Below are positions 38,234 to 51,360 of a DNA stretch of 64,000 bases, one piece after another. Below the pieces are notes generated by a model. It ran no database searches, was not told the origin of the DNA, and saw nothing but the letters and a program-made list of their open reading frames with translations. The stretch is from assembly GCF_035084215.1 (NCBI RefSeq), contig NC_090340.1:5952001-6016000 (forward strand), given 5' to 3'. Source of the stretch: Heptranchias perlo. Its lineage: Eukaryota. Each line of letters opens with the position of its first letter. Positions within the stretch are counted from its first letter, which is position 1. A program made the position numbers and the translations under genes.

Positions 38234-38597
38234 CTGTAGTAGTGTTCAGAAATAATGTTAATATTCTGTCTTCACCAGTAAGTAGATTGCTAAATCACAC
38301 AATCTTGAATAGATCGGCAGAGGAAGAGGCAGCTGCGAACTGTGAGTACCGACCAGACCTTCTTTCACCCGCCTGCATACACTCGGTACACCTCAATTCT
38401 GAGCCATGCTGCCGCTTTCATCATGGTGTTCTGCCAATTTTCCAACGAAATTAAAATGAGAGACTGGAAGATTCCCATGAAATTTCACAGCCCATCTGTC
38501 CATGGTGAGTTTCAGTAAAATATTGTGGGGCTTTTTTCCCCAGAAACCTAATTGGCCCGCTGCACAGATTTTCTGATTTACAGAAGAGTCGACAATT

Positions 38598-41348
38598 CAT
38601 ACAATCATAGAATCATAGAAGTTTACAACATGGAAACAGGCCCTTCGGCCCAACATGTCCATGTCGCCCAGTTTATACCACTCAGCTTGTCCCAATTTCC
38701 TGCACTTGGCCCATATCCCTCTATACCCATCTTACCCATGTAACTGTCCAAATGCTTTTTAAAAGACAAAATTGTACCCGCCTCTACTACTGCCTCTGGC
38801 AGCTCGTTCCAGACACTCACCACCCTTTGAGTGAAAAAATTGCCCCTCTGGACCCTTTTGTATCTCTCCCCTCTCACCTTAAATCTATGCCCCCTCGTTA
38901 TAGACTCCCCTACCTTTGGGAAAAGATTTTGACTATCTACCTTATCTATGCCCTTCATTATTTTATAGACTTCTATAAGATCACCCCTTAACCTCCTACT
39001 CTCCAGGGAAAAAAGTCTCAGTCCATCCAACCTCTCCCTATAAGTCAAACCATCAAGTCCCGGTAGCATCCTAGTAAATCTTTTCTGCACTCTTTCTAGT
39101 TTAATAATATCCTTTCTATAACAGGGTGACCAGAACTGTACACAGTATTCCAAGTGTGGCCATACTAATGTCTTGTACAACTTCAACAAGACATCCCAAC
39201 TCCTGTATTCAATGTTCTGACCAATGAAACCAAGCATGCTGAATGCCTTCTTCACCATCCTATCCACCTGTGACTCCACTTTCAAGGAGCTATGAACCTG
39301 TACTCCTAGATCTCTTTGTTCTATAACTCTCCCCAACGCCCTACCATTAACGGAGTAGGTCCTGGCCCGATTCGATCAACCAAAATGCATCACCTCACAT
39401 TTATCTAAATTAAACTCTATCTGCCATTCATCGGCCCACTGGCCCAATTTATCAAGATCCGGTTGCAATCCTAGATAACATTTTTCACTGTCCACAATGC
39501 CACCAATCTTGGTGTCATCTGCAAACTTACTAACCATGCCTCCTAAATTCTCATCCAAATCATTAATATCAATAACAAATAACAGCGGACCCAGCACCGA
39601 TCCCTGAGGCACACCGCTGGTCACATGCCTCCAGTTTGAAAAACAACCCTCTACAACCACCCTCTGTCTTCTGTCGTCAATACAATTTTGTATCCAATTG
39701 GCTACCTCACCTTGGATCCCGTGGGATTTAACCTTATGTAACAACCTACCATGCGGTACCTTGTCAAAGGCTTTGCTAAAGTCCATGTAGACCACGTCTA
39801 CTGCACAGCCCTCATCTATCTTCTTGGTTACCCCTTCAAAAAACTCAATCAAATTCGTGAGACATGATTTTCCACTCACAAAACCATGCTGGCTGTACCT
39901 AATCAGTCCCTGCCTCTCCAAATGCCTGTAGATCCAGTCTCTCAGAATACCCTCTAACAACTTACCCACCACAGATGTCAGGCTCACCGGTCTGTAGTTC
40001 CCAGGCTTTTCCCTGCCGCCCTTCTTAAACAAAGGCACAACATTTGCTACCCTCCAATCTTCAGGCACCTCACCTGTAGCTGTCGATGATTCAAGTATCT
40101 CTGCGAGGGGACCCGCAATTTCCTCCCTAACCTCCCATAACGTCCTGGGATACATTTCATCAGGTCCCGGAGATTTATCTACCTTGATGCGCTTTAAGAC
40201 TTCCAGCACCTCCCTCTCTGTAATATGTACACTCCTCAAGACATCACTATTTATTTCCCCAAGTTCCCTAACATCCATGCCTTTCTCAACCGTAAATACC
40301 AATGTGAAATATTCATTTAGGATCTCACCCATCTCTTGTGGTTCCGCACATAGATGACCTTGTTGATCCTTAAGAGGCCCTACTCTCTCCCTGGTTACTC
40401 TTTTGCCCTTTATGTATTTGTAGAAGCTCTTTGGATTCTCCTTTGCCTTATCTGCCAAAGCAATCTCATGTCCCCTTTTTGCCCTCCTGATTTCTCTCTT
40501 AACTCTACTCCGGCAATCTCCATACTCTTCAAGGGATCCACTTGATCCCAGCTGCCTATGCATGTCATATGCCTCCTTCTTTTTTTTGACTAGGGCCACA
40601 ATCTCCCGAGTCATCCAAGGTTCCCTACTTCTACCAGCCTTTCCCTTCACTTTATAAGGAATGTGCTTACCCTGAACCCTGGTTAACACACTTTTGAAAG
40701 CCTCCCACTTACCAGACGTCCCTTTGCCTGCCAACAGACTCTCCCAATCAACTTCTGAAAGTTCCTGTCTAATACCATCAAAATTGGCCTTTCCCCAATT
40801 TAGAATTTTAACTTTTGGGCCAGACCTATCCTTCTCCATAGCTATCTTAAAACTAATGGAATTATGATCACTGGTCCCAAAGTGATCCCTCACTAACACT
40901 TCTGTCACCTGCCCTTCCTTATTTCCCAAGAGGAGGTCAAGTTTTGCCCCCTCTCTAGTCGGGCCATCCACATACTGAATGAGAAATTCCTCCTGAATAC
41001 ACTCAACAAATTTCTCTCCATCCAAGCCCCTAATGCTATGGCTGTCCCAGTCAATGTTGGGAAAGTTAAAGTCCCCTACTATTACCACCCTATTTTTCTT
41101 GCAGCTGTCTGTAATCTCCTTACATATTTGCTCCTCAATTTCCCGTTGACTATTTGGGGGTCTGTAGTACAATCCTATCAAAATGATCTATCCCTTCTTA
41201 TTTTTCAGTTCTACCCATATAGACTCAGTGGGCGAACCCTCGGATATATCCCCTCTCACTACTGCCGTGATGTTCTCCCTAATCAAGAACGCAACTCCCC
41301 CTCCTCTCTTACCTCCTGCTCTATCTTTCCTATAGCATCTGTACCCTG
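38598..41348 (-). mobile_element. Young CR1 LINE with 7-bp TSD GACAATT, inside the inhibitory-type paralog
   Basis: 601-aa plus 237-aa ORF2 pieces; CATAGAAT tail repeats; GACAATT at 38591-38597 and 41349-41355. Confidence 0.96.
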
Positions 41349-41491
41349 GACAATTGTTCGTAGGTCTGATCGAATCTGTTTATCTCGATTGGTAAAATTA
41401 TTATATTTTTCTTTTTTACAGTAATATTTTAGAGTAATATTTTGAAACGTGAAAACCAACACAAATAAACTAGAGAAAAGGGGGTGCTTAC

Positions 41492-41605
41492 CTTTGAATC
41501 TATGCAATTTCGGTAGTTTCACTGTGGTGTTCACCAGTACCAGAATTAACAGTCCAAACCCGAAACAGAGATACATCAACACGAGTGGAAAACCGCGATC
41601 GGTAT
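41492..41605 (-). CDS. Transmembrane exon of a paralogous inhibitory-type receptor (possibly pseudogenic)
   Basis: tattttgcag| ... G|gtaagc, 114 nt, phase 1-1. Reads DTDRGFPLVLMYLCFGFGLLILVLVNTTVKLPKLHRFK. Shares the TDR-FP start and ttYaaag|gtaag end with the 23207 exon, but has no charged TM residue. Confidence 0.72.
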
Positions 41606-42584
41606 CTGCAAAATACATAGAACTGATACTTAAAATTCCAATTGATCAGTAACAGGGATTCTGTTAGAAGTCTGAGACAGTGAATAATCTCGTTCTGATA
41701 GGGAAGGAAATGTAAGATTATAACGGAATAAAAGATATAAGCTCTGAAATTCCGCAGGGGCTGTTCCGGGGTTTCGCCACAACTTCGGCAGGAGATCAGC
41801 GGAACCCCCAGTGAAATGACATAGGCCCTAAAATTGTATAGCACCATTAATGGTCTCCCTATATAACTTCGGCAAGACATCGACAGCAGCCCCAAAGAAA
41901 TAATTTAGATGGCCATGTTTAGTTTTTGCTTCTCTGGTGTTTCCGCTAGTCTCCCGTCCGAATTCTGCCGCTGGTACAGTGGCACCTCATGCAATTTCAG
42001 GCCTATGGAACCTCCCTCACCTGTGATATTAAAGATTCTCTCTCCGTCTCCCCTCTTCTACTTCTGTCTCCTTCTCTTTCCCCTTTTGCTCTCTGTCCCT
42101 AAGTTCTGTTGGCTTCTCTCTCAACCATCTTCTGCTTTCTTCTCGGCATATATATTCTATCCTTGGAGGTCGGAGGTAGTGAGTGGCACACAGTGTTGTG
42201 AAAGATGAAAGAGTAACTAATGGCTCTAAGCTGTCGTATGGGAGGGGATACGGGGAAACTCTGGCCCTCAGTAGATTCATTATCTTCCTCTTCCCAATTA
42301 TTCATGATCACCCACCCACTCATTGCTCTAATGTTCCTATCTCTTCACCTTTCTACTGTCACCTTCCCTTCATATCACTCTTTACCCCGATCAATGTCCT
42401 ACCTCTTCCTTATTGAACTCTCCTCTCATGCTCTACATACTCCTGTCCACTTGCTCCCCTGTCAACCCCCTTAACTGTAATCCGCTATCCTCTTCGCCAG
42501 TTCTGCTCTCCCAATTATACATCTATTGTCTGTGTTCAGGATCTAAGGCATCCTTGCCCTTTGCCGGTTTCTCACTCTCTCGTA

Positions 42585-44145
42585 TCGGAATTCAAAGTAG
42601 GCAAATGTGACGTCATCTACTTTGGATCAAAAAAGGATAGGACAGGGTACTTTCGAAATGGTAAAAAGTTAAAAACAGTGGATGTCCAAAGGGACCTAGG
42701 GATTCAGGTACATAGATCATTGAAGTGTTGACCGGAAGTCACCGGTTAACGGTTTTGGCTTAGTACACAGAGGAAGAGTCAATTCTCTCTTAATTCTCAA
42801 TTCGCTTTATTAACGTTATTAGATCATGTACATACCGCTTATACATCTAGTTAGATATAGGCATGCAGTTTACAGCAGGTTATACAGTTTTATACTCAAA
42901 CTAGGATTTAAACGCACACACACTAGGTTTTTCTGACGAACACCCCCCCCAAGTGGTCACAGAATAGAAAGGATATTATATTACCCGAAAAGGAGAGATA
43001 CTGCTGGCCAGGCAATTCTCTTTCTCACTCCTTACGTCGTCTCTATGTCCCTGATGTAGTCCCTACGTCGGGTTCCCACTTCCACGATGGTTAGTCTCCG
43101 GAGTCTCCCTCAAAAACACACTGGGACCAAGCCAGCAATTCTTCAGTTTTATTCCCAAGTCTGTCTTTTCGAATGATGCTGTCTTCTCTGGTTGGCTTAA
43201 TGTTGCTGGAGTGATCGATGTCATCCCCTGATTGGCTCTGTTCCAAGGGCCTAGGGAGCATCACCTCAGACCCCTTTTCTAAATAAGGACTGGTGTCCCA
43301 TCACAGTTCCTTTGTCCCTGTAAGAAGCGGAACGAATTCAAACCGGTTCTGGCCAGTTCAGACCAGTGACTGAACTCCAGGTCACCTCAGTTCGAAAGGT
43401 CAGTGTCTTTGTTAGCAATTCGAATTAACCTCATTAGGTTTCTGCAGCCTCTGGCCAACAGAAGTGTCATGAACAGGTGCAGAAAATAATCAAGAAGGCT
43501 AATGGAATGCTGGCCTTTATATCTCGAGGACTAGAGTACAAGGTGGCAGAAGTTATGCTGCAGCTATACAAAACCCTGGTTAGACCGCACCTGGAGTACT
43601 GTGAGCAGTTCTGGGCACCGCACCTTCGGAAGGACATATTGGCCTTGGAGGGAGTGCAGCATAGGTTTACTAGAATGATACCCGGACTTCAAGGGTTAAG
43701 TTACGAGGAGAGATTACACAAATTGGGGTTGTATTCTCTGGAGTTTCGAAGGTTAAGGGGTGATCTGATCGAAGTTTATAAGATATTAAGGGGAACGGAT
43801 AGGGTGGATAGAGAGAAACTATTTCCACTGGTTGGGGATTCTAGGAGTAGGGGGCACAGTCTAAAAATTAGAGCCAGACCTTTCAGGAGCGAGATTAGAA
43901 AACATTTCTACACACAAAGGGTGGTAGAAGTTTAGAACTCTCTTCCGCAAACGGCAATTGATACTAGCTCAATTGCTAAATTTAAATCTGAGATCAATAG
44001 CTTTTTGGCAACCAAAGGTATTAAGGGATATGGGCCAAAGGCAGGTATATGGAGTTAGATCACAGATCAGCCATGATCTTATCAAATGGCGGAGCAGGCA
44101 CGAGGGGTTGAATGGCCTACTCCTGTTCCTATGTTCCTATATTCC
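42585..44145 (+). mobile_element. CR1 3' portion (same young subfamily as 27097-28611), split by a solo LTR
   Basis: Near-identical to 27800-28610 on both sides of the insertion. Confidence 0.95.
42726..43460 (-). mobile_element. Solo LTR, 735 bp, 4-bp TSD GAAG
   Basis: TGTTGACC...GGCCAACA termini, GAAG at 42722-42725 and 43461-43464, and AATAAA on the - strand near 42808; removing it restores the CR1 sequence. Confidence 0.9.
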
Positions 44146-46444
44146 TATGCAGTCCCTTCCTCTTACTTTCCTTGGTAGAATATGCGTTTGGTTTGAAAAG
44201 TGAACTTTTGATGTTGAAAGAAATCAAATTAGAATGAGAAAAGTCATTGGTTGTCTGCATCTCTCTCTCTCTCTCTCTGTCTCTGGCAATAATTTTAACT
44301 TTTATTTCTGGGCAAAAAATGAATGATCGTGAATCGGCAGCCCGTTTTTCACCTCGTCCAATTTTCTGCCACTTTGCTCTTTTTTGACAGGTGATGAAGG
44401 TTATTCTGCGCACCTGGGACTCACTTGTGTTCGCAAGTAGAATTTCTGTCTTGCCTCTGTGAGAAATTAGCACTTACTTTTATGCCTGTCAAGAAAACAT
44501 AAGCCACAGATAAGACAATTAGATGACTCAAAATTGAACTCGGTATTTTTTTTGAAGAAGATTGAATTAATATTAACCTGAAGACTGAATATAACTCTGT
44601 CTTTTGTCCTTCCCCTATCTCTCGCTGCCTCGTTTGCCTTTTCTCTCTCAATCTCTGACATAAGTCTTCCACTCTCACTATCTGTTCCTCAGCTTAATAT
44701 ACTTTCTAAACTTTATGGAAGACGAAACAAAAACTATTACCGGTGTGCAATCATACGACTTGTGTAATATTCTCTCTCACACAGTCACATACACACAAAA
44801 CAGGTCAGATTTTTCTTCAGCACTGAATATAACCTTTTTCAGAGAAAATATTGTAACATTTAGCCTTTTTTGAGGATTAATCAACTGTTGACTAAATGAT
44901 ACTGACACACTGCAGGTGCTCAGACTGCATAACCCAAGTTCAGCTCAGAAAGTGACAGCGTTGGGAAAATTATCAGGTCCATGTTTAGACTTTTGAGGGA
45001 GGCTGAAGCATTTAAGTAATATCTTAATGAAAGAAATCAAAGTTAGAAAGGACAATTCAATGGATGAATTTATCATGCTATTAAATATATAAACATTTGA
45101 ATGTTCGATCTTCTATACTCTCTTATTTTGCACATTAGTTATTTCAACTGCTGCATAAAAAATTGTAGATCAAAAGTCTTCCGCTGAAACATGTTGACAA
45201 ATACATTTGAGTGGATGCTGTGGAAAATTATTTGGTGACCAGCCTGCTATTACGGGCTCATGTTTACATCGGGAAAACCCTAGTTTCCGCGGCCCATCCC
45301 CAGAAATTATGGCGGACGAGCGGGCGAAGTCCGTGTAAATTAATCTCATTGCAATTCTAGATATAGGAACAGGTAGTGCTGAAGAGTTGACAAAAAATGT
45401 GACAAAATATGGCAACAGCAAGTAAGGCTTTTATTTGACAGGAAGTACACAAGACATGATAGTCGTGAATTTCTTTTGGTGCTGCCCCCATCTACTGCTG
45501 TAACTTCGGCGGGAAATCAGCAGAACCGGGGAGACGGTCAAAAACAGCCCTTGTCAGCCCTTTTCATCCACTTTTCTCCAAATGTTCCACCAATCTCCCA
45601 TCGATGTTTGAGCACCAGACCGGGCCAAATCCCTCAGAAATCCATGGCCAACATTTTAATCAAGAAACGGAATAAAAGGCTGAAGTCACTGAATAGTTAA
45701 ACGATTAACAATTGATTACAATAACTGTTATTCATACCTTCTCATTAAGTGAAGTGTTTCATTTGTATTGTTTCGATTTGTACCAGTGATGGTGAAAGAT
45801 TTCACTCTTTCTGGCGGTGTATTCCCGGGGTGTATTCCTGCAACTTTAATTAAATTTATAACAGAAGTGCCTATCAACAGGCAAATTTAAGACTGCGTTT
45901 ATCAATAATGTTGGTAAAACTTCTAGTGCGAATAATTCAGCCATGCTACAAAAATTGGGCGCGAATAATATACACACCGCCAAAATCATTTTGTTATATA
46001 TGCTGTAATTCTGGAACATGGTTAAATTACAGTTAAGGAAATGTTTCTATGCAACTGAAACGTTTCCCTCATTTGCACAGTAATGAAAATAAAATAAATA
46101 AATAAATCTGTTACCAGCCTTCACGAACGATGCCAGCGTCCTGAAGGGTTTAAACAATAATCCCAGTTTCCAGGATGGCCTGGTCGTTAAACGCATCGTC
46201 CCGCAAAGCGCTGAATACAAAAGGGCAGCATTGTCGTGCTAGGTTGTCCCGCTCATCCGCTTGAACTTTGGCGAACAATTCCGGAATCCTCGAACAAACG
46301 GCCTAAACTGCCGCGGAAGTTGTAGGCCATAGGACCTAAATTAGCGGGGAAGAGGAAGGGGGGACTCCGTCCAGAGATTCGTAAAATCGCCGCGCAATTT
46401 AAGAACCAAACAGGTCAAAAATTCAAAGGTTAGTGGATTTCCCG

Positions 46445-46850
46445 TATGTGGGATATGGACGTCAATGGCAAAGCCCGGCATTTACTGCCCATTCCTAGTT
46501 GCCCTTGCGAATGTGGTTGTAGGCCGCCTTTGTAACAGTTTGATAAAACAGAATGGCTTTCGAAGCCGCTTCAGCGGCAGTTAAGAGTCAATCACGTTTG
46601 TGTGGGACTGGAGTCGCATATAGGCCAGACTGGGGAAGGACAATTGGTTTCCTTCCATACAGGACAGTAGTTACCAGTTCAGTTTTCAGGACAACCAGAC
46701 AGCTTCATGTTCGCTTTTACTGATACCAGTTTTTTATTTAATATTTTTTAAAGTAAACTCAATTCGCAAACTACCGCGGTGGTATCTGAACTCTCGTTCT
46801 CTGCATTATTAGTCCAGGTCTCTGGATTACTGGACCAGTATCATAGTCAC
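46445..46850 (-). mobile_element. Old non-LTR-derived repeat related to the element at 62158-62840
   Basis: Shared terminus GCATTTA.TGCCCATTCCTAGTTGCCCTTG. Confidence 0.6.
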
Positions 46851-47214
46851 TGCACTGCAATCGCTGGTGTATTTGATTTCATTCCTCCTCCTAAAAGGCA
46901 TTACCCCATATAACTCCTAATTATAATGAGGTCCTGCGGTTAAATCCTGCAGGACCTCCGCGTCCTCGGCCTTACTGGGTTTCCCCGCACTAATGTGATC
47001 CCCCACAACCTCTTCACCTCCCCATAAATACCGGGGCCGAGAACTGTACGGTGGACATTCCATTTCTATATCCTGGAATCTGCTCGCAGTTGAACGGTAC
47101 ATTGCCAGCCCAAGCTTAAGCTCGTAAGAGCGGTGCATCTGCTTAAGTGAGGACAAGCAAACACTGTTGGGAAAAGCGTGAACTATAACCTTTATTGATC
47201 TGCTTTTTGATCAT

Positions 47215-47675
47215 AGACTCATAGATTCCTAGAATCATAAAATGATACCTCACGGAAGGAGGCCATTCGGCCCGTTGTGCCTCTGCTGGCTCTTTGAAAG
47301 AGCTGTCATATTTTTCCCCATAACCCTGCAAATTAATCCTCTTCAACTACATGTCCAATTGCCGTTTGAAAGTTCTTATAGAATTTGCTTCCACCACCCT
47401 TTCAGGTAGTGCCTTCCAGGTCTTAACAACCTTATGTGTGAAAAAAAAATTGTGCTCATTTCCCCTCTCGTTCTTTTGCCAGTTATTTTAAATCTATGAC
47501 CTCTGGTTACTGACCCACTTGCCAGAGGAAACAGTTTCTCCCTATTTGCTCCATCGAAACCCCTCATTATTTTCAATACCACTGTTAGGTCTCCCCTTAA
47601 CCTTCTCTGCTCTAAGCCAAAAAATCGCAGCTTCTCCAGATAACTGAAGTCGCCCATCCTTAGTATCATCCTGGT
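47215..47675 (-). mobile_element. CR1 3' fragment
   Basis: LEQRRLRGDL..TRGHRFK; CATAGA tail. Confidence 0.9.
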
Positions 47676-49050
47676 CTGTTAGCCTGACATCAGTAGTATG
47701 GAAAATGCTAGAATCTATTATTAAGGATGTAGTAACAGGGCACTTAGAAAATCATAAAATGACTTGGAGGAGTCAACACGGTTTTATGAAAAGGAAGTCG
47801 TGTTTGACAAAACATTAGAGTTTTTTGAAGGTGTAACTAGCAGGGTAGATAAAAGGGAACCAGTGGATGTAGTATATTTGGATTTTCTAAAGGCATTCGA
47901 TAAGATGCCACACAAGAGATTGTTACACAATATTAGGGCTCATGGGCTTGGGGGTAATATATTAGCATGTATTGAGGATTGATTAATGGATAAAAAACAG
48001 AGAGTAGGGATAAATGGGTCATTTTCGGGTTGGCAGGTTGTAACTAGTGGGGTGCCACAAGGATCAGTGCTTCGGCCTCAGCTGTTTACAATATACATCT
48101 TAGATAAGGGGACCGAGAGTAATGTATCCAAGTTTGCTGATGATACAAAACTAGGTGGGAAAGTAAGCTATGAGGAGGACACAAAGAGGCTGCAAAGGGA
48201 TATGGACAGGTTAAGTGAATGGGCGCGAAGGTGACAGATGGAATATAATGTGGGGAAATGTGAAATTATCCAATTTGGTAGGAAGAATAGAAAAGTAGAA
48301 TATTTTTTAAAAGGTGAGAGATTAAGAAATGTTGGTGTTCAGACGGATTTGGATGTCTTTGTGCACGGAACACAGAAAGTTAACATGTCGGTACAGCAAG
48401 CAATTAGGAAGGCAAATGGTATGTTAGCAAAGGAGTTGAAGTATAAGACTAAGGAGGTCTTGCTGCAATTATCAAGGGCTCTGATGAGACCACACCTGGA
48501 GTACTGTGTACAGTTTTGGTCTAATTATCTAAGGAAGGATATAATTGCCTTAGAAGGGGGTGCAACGAAGATTCACTATATTAATTCCTGGAATGAGAGG
48601 ATTGTCCTATGAAGAGAGGTTGAGTAGAATGGGCCTATATTCTCTGGAGTTCAGAAAAATGAGAGGTGATCTCATTGCAACGTATAAAATTCTGAGAGGG
48701 CTTGACAGAGTACATGCCGAGAGGCTGTTTCCCCTGGCAGGAGGGTCTAGAACTAGAGGGCATAGTCTAAGGATAAGGGGTCGGCCATTTAGGACTGAAA
48801 TGAGGAGGAATTTCTCACTCAGAGGGTTGTGAATATTTGGAATTCTCTACCCCAGAGGGCTGTAGATGCTGAGTCATTGAGTACATTCAAGGTTGAGATC
48901 GATAGATTTTTGGACTCTAAGGGAATCAAGGGACATGGGAACTGGGCGAGAAAGTGGAGTTGGGGTCGAAGATCAGCCATGAAATTATTGAATGGAGGAG
49001 CAGGCTCGAGGGGTCATATAGCCTACTGCTGCTCCTATTTCTTATATTCT
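47676..49050 (+). mobile_element. CR1 RT and 3' region
   Basis: [34 protein letters not shown]. Confidence 0.93.
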
Positions 49051-49429
49051 TAAGATCTTAAAGGTGTTCAAGGAATCCCATTGACCGATTCAACAAACAC
49101 AAGCTGTGTAGAAATTTTGGAGCAAGCTTTTTTCCGTAAATCCTCATGAAAAGTTGAAGAGTGATATGCCAGTCAATGGATGGTCATGTCAAATAAAAGG
49201 CAATGAACAGCTGGTCTTTATTAAAATGATAAGGAATTTACTGAAGAGCTATCAACCTTTAAAGTACTGCAAAGGGGGACTTGAGATTTTCATTGAGTAT
49301 CACGGTTACTCCAGGAGCAAGAATTCAGCGTCACAAGGATGATGCCCATATCACCGGAGGCCATTCTTGCAACGGTGGGACATAGGAAGTGGCTGATGGC
49401 CAAAATCAGGGAAGAAAAACAACTCCGTT

Positions 49430-51360
49430 TGGATATCTTAAGCTCATAAAAAACTCTGCTGCCCATATCTTTACTCAGACCAAGTCCCATTCACACATCA
49501 TCCTTGTGCTCACTGACCTACGTTGGCTCCCGGACCAGCATCACCACAAATTTAAAATTCCCATCCTTATGTTCAAATTCCCACATGGCCTCTTCCTTCC
49601 CTATCTCAGTCACCTCCTCCAGTCCTACAACCCTTCAAGATCTCTGCATTCCTCCAATTCTGGCCTCTTCTGCATTCCTGATTGGTGTCCGTGCCTTCAG
49701 CTGTCTAGGCCCTAAGATTTGGAAATCCCCCCCTAAACCTCTCCACCTCACTCTCCTCCTTGGATTTGCACATTTCCAGTGTCACTTCACTATTTAAGAA
49801 GGGTAAACGAGGTAAATTAGGAAATTGCAGGCCTATTAGGCTATGGTCAGTTACCAGAACCTGTTATTAAGGACAAAGTGACTGAGCATTAGGGCAAACA
49901 TTAGATGATCAGAGAGAGCAGCATGGATTTGTAAAGGGTAAGTCATGTCTAAACAACCTAGTTGAAATTTTTGAGGAGGTAACTAGCGTGGTAGGTAAGT
50001 GAGTGTCTATGGATGTTATTTATATGTTCTTCCAGAAGGCATTTGATAAGGTTCCACCTAAGAGACTGTTAACAAAAAGGGAATGCTTACAATTAGAGAC
50101 AACTTATTGACTTGGATAGCGAATTATTTAGGAGTTAGGAGACAGAGAGTAGGGGTAATAGGTATGTACTCAGCGTGACAGGATGTGACTTGTGGTGCCC
50201 CTCAGGGATCTGTACCAGGGCCCCAGCTTTTCACTATTTTTATCAATGACTTAAAAGAAGGAATAGAGAGCCGTAGATCTAAGTTTACTGATGACACTAT
50301 GTTAGGAGGCACAGCAAATAGTGAAGATGGGAGCAGAAAGTTGCAAAGGGACATTGATAGATTAGGTGAGTGGGCAAAACTGTGGCAGATGGAGTTCAAT
50401 GTGGGAAAGTGTGAGGTCATCCACTTTGGACCTAAGAAAGATAAATCAGAGTATTTTCTAAATGGAGAAAACCCAGGAAATGTGGATGAGCAGAGAGATT
50501 TAGGAGTCCAAGTGCAGAAATCATTAAAGCAAGTGGACAGGTACAAAAAAAATAAAAAGGCAAATTGAATGTTGACCTTTATCTCGAGGGCTGGAATACA
50601 AAGAGGTTGAAGTTATGCTATAGCTGTACAGAGCTCTGGTTAGACCCCATCTGGAGAACTGCATTCAGTTCTGGGCACCGCACCTCAGGAATGATATGTT
50701 GGTCTTGCAGGGGGTGCAGCGCAGATTCAGCAGAATGATACCGGGTCTAAAGGGGTTCAATTATGAGAACAGGTTACATCGACTCGGCTTGTATTCCCTT
50801 CAAAATAGAAAATTAAAGGGTGATCTAATTGAGGTGTTTGTGTTAACTAAATAATTTGATAGGGCAGAGAGAAATTATTTCCTCTGGTGGAGGAATCCAG
50901 AACAAGGGGGCTTAATCTTAAAGTTTGAGCTAGGCTGTTCAGTGGTGATGTCAGGAAGCAGTTCTTCACACAAAGGGCAGTGGAAATCTGGAACTCTCTG
51001 CTCCAAAACTCTGTTGAGGCTGCATCAATTAAAAATTTCAAACATGAAATTGATAGATTTTTGTTAGGCTGGGGTATTATGGGTTACAGAACCAAGGCAG
51101 GTGGTGAATTTAAGGTACAGATCAGCCATGATCTAATTGAATGGCGGAACAGGCTCGAGGGGCTGGACAGTCTATTCCTGTTCCTATGTTTCTATGTTTA
51201 AGACGCTCCTTAAAACCTACCTCTTTGACCAAGCTAGTGGTCACCTGTCTGAATATCTGCTTATGTGGCTCGGTGTCAAATTGTGTCCGGTAATCGCTTC
51301 TGTGAAGTGCCTTGGGACCTTTTATTACGTTAAAGGCGCTATGTTAATGCAAGTTGTTGT
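49430..51360 (+). mobile_element. L2 3' fragment (49430-49760 and 51197-51360) with a nested CR1 (49770-51196)
   Basis: LKLIKNSAAHIFT..DLRWLP; the L2 tail resumes after the CR1 tail; CR1 has GAPQGSVPGP, KFTDDT. Confidence 0.88.

Noticed and set aside
37199-38454. + strand ORFs of 330 and 400 aa (SSCPYTMV / LLLPVHYG repeats)
   Set aside because: By-products of a stop-free 24-bp unit; the flanks make protein sense only on the - strand.
44421-44678. - strand ORF with a hydrophobic stretch and splice-like sites as the missing ectodomain or leader
   Set aside because: No Ig-domain Cys/Trp pattern and no coherent exon structure.
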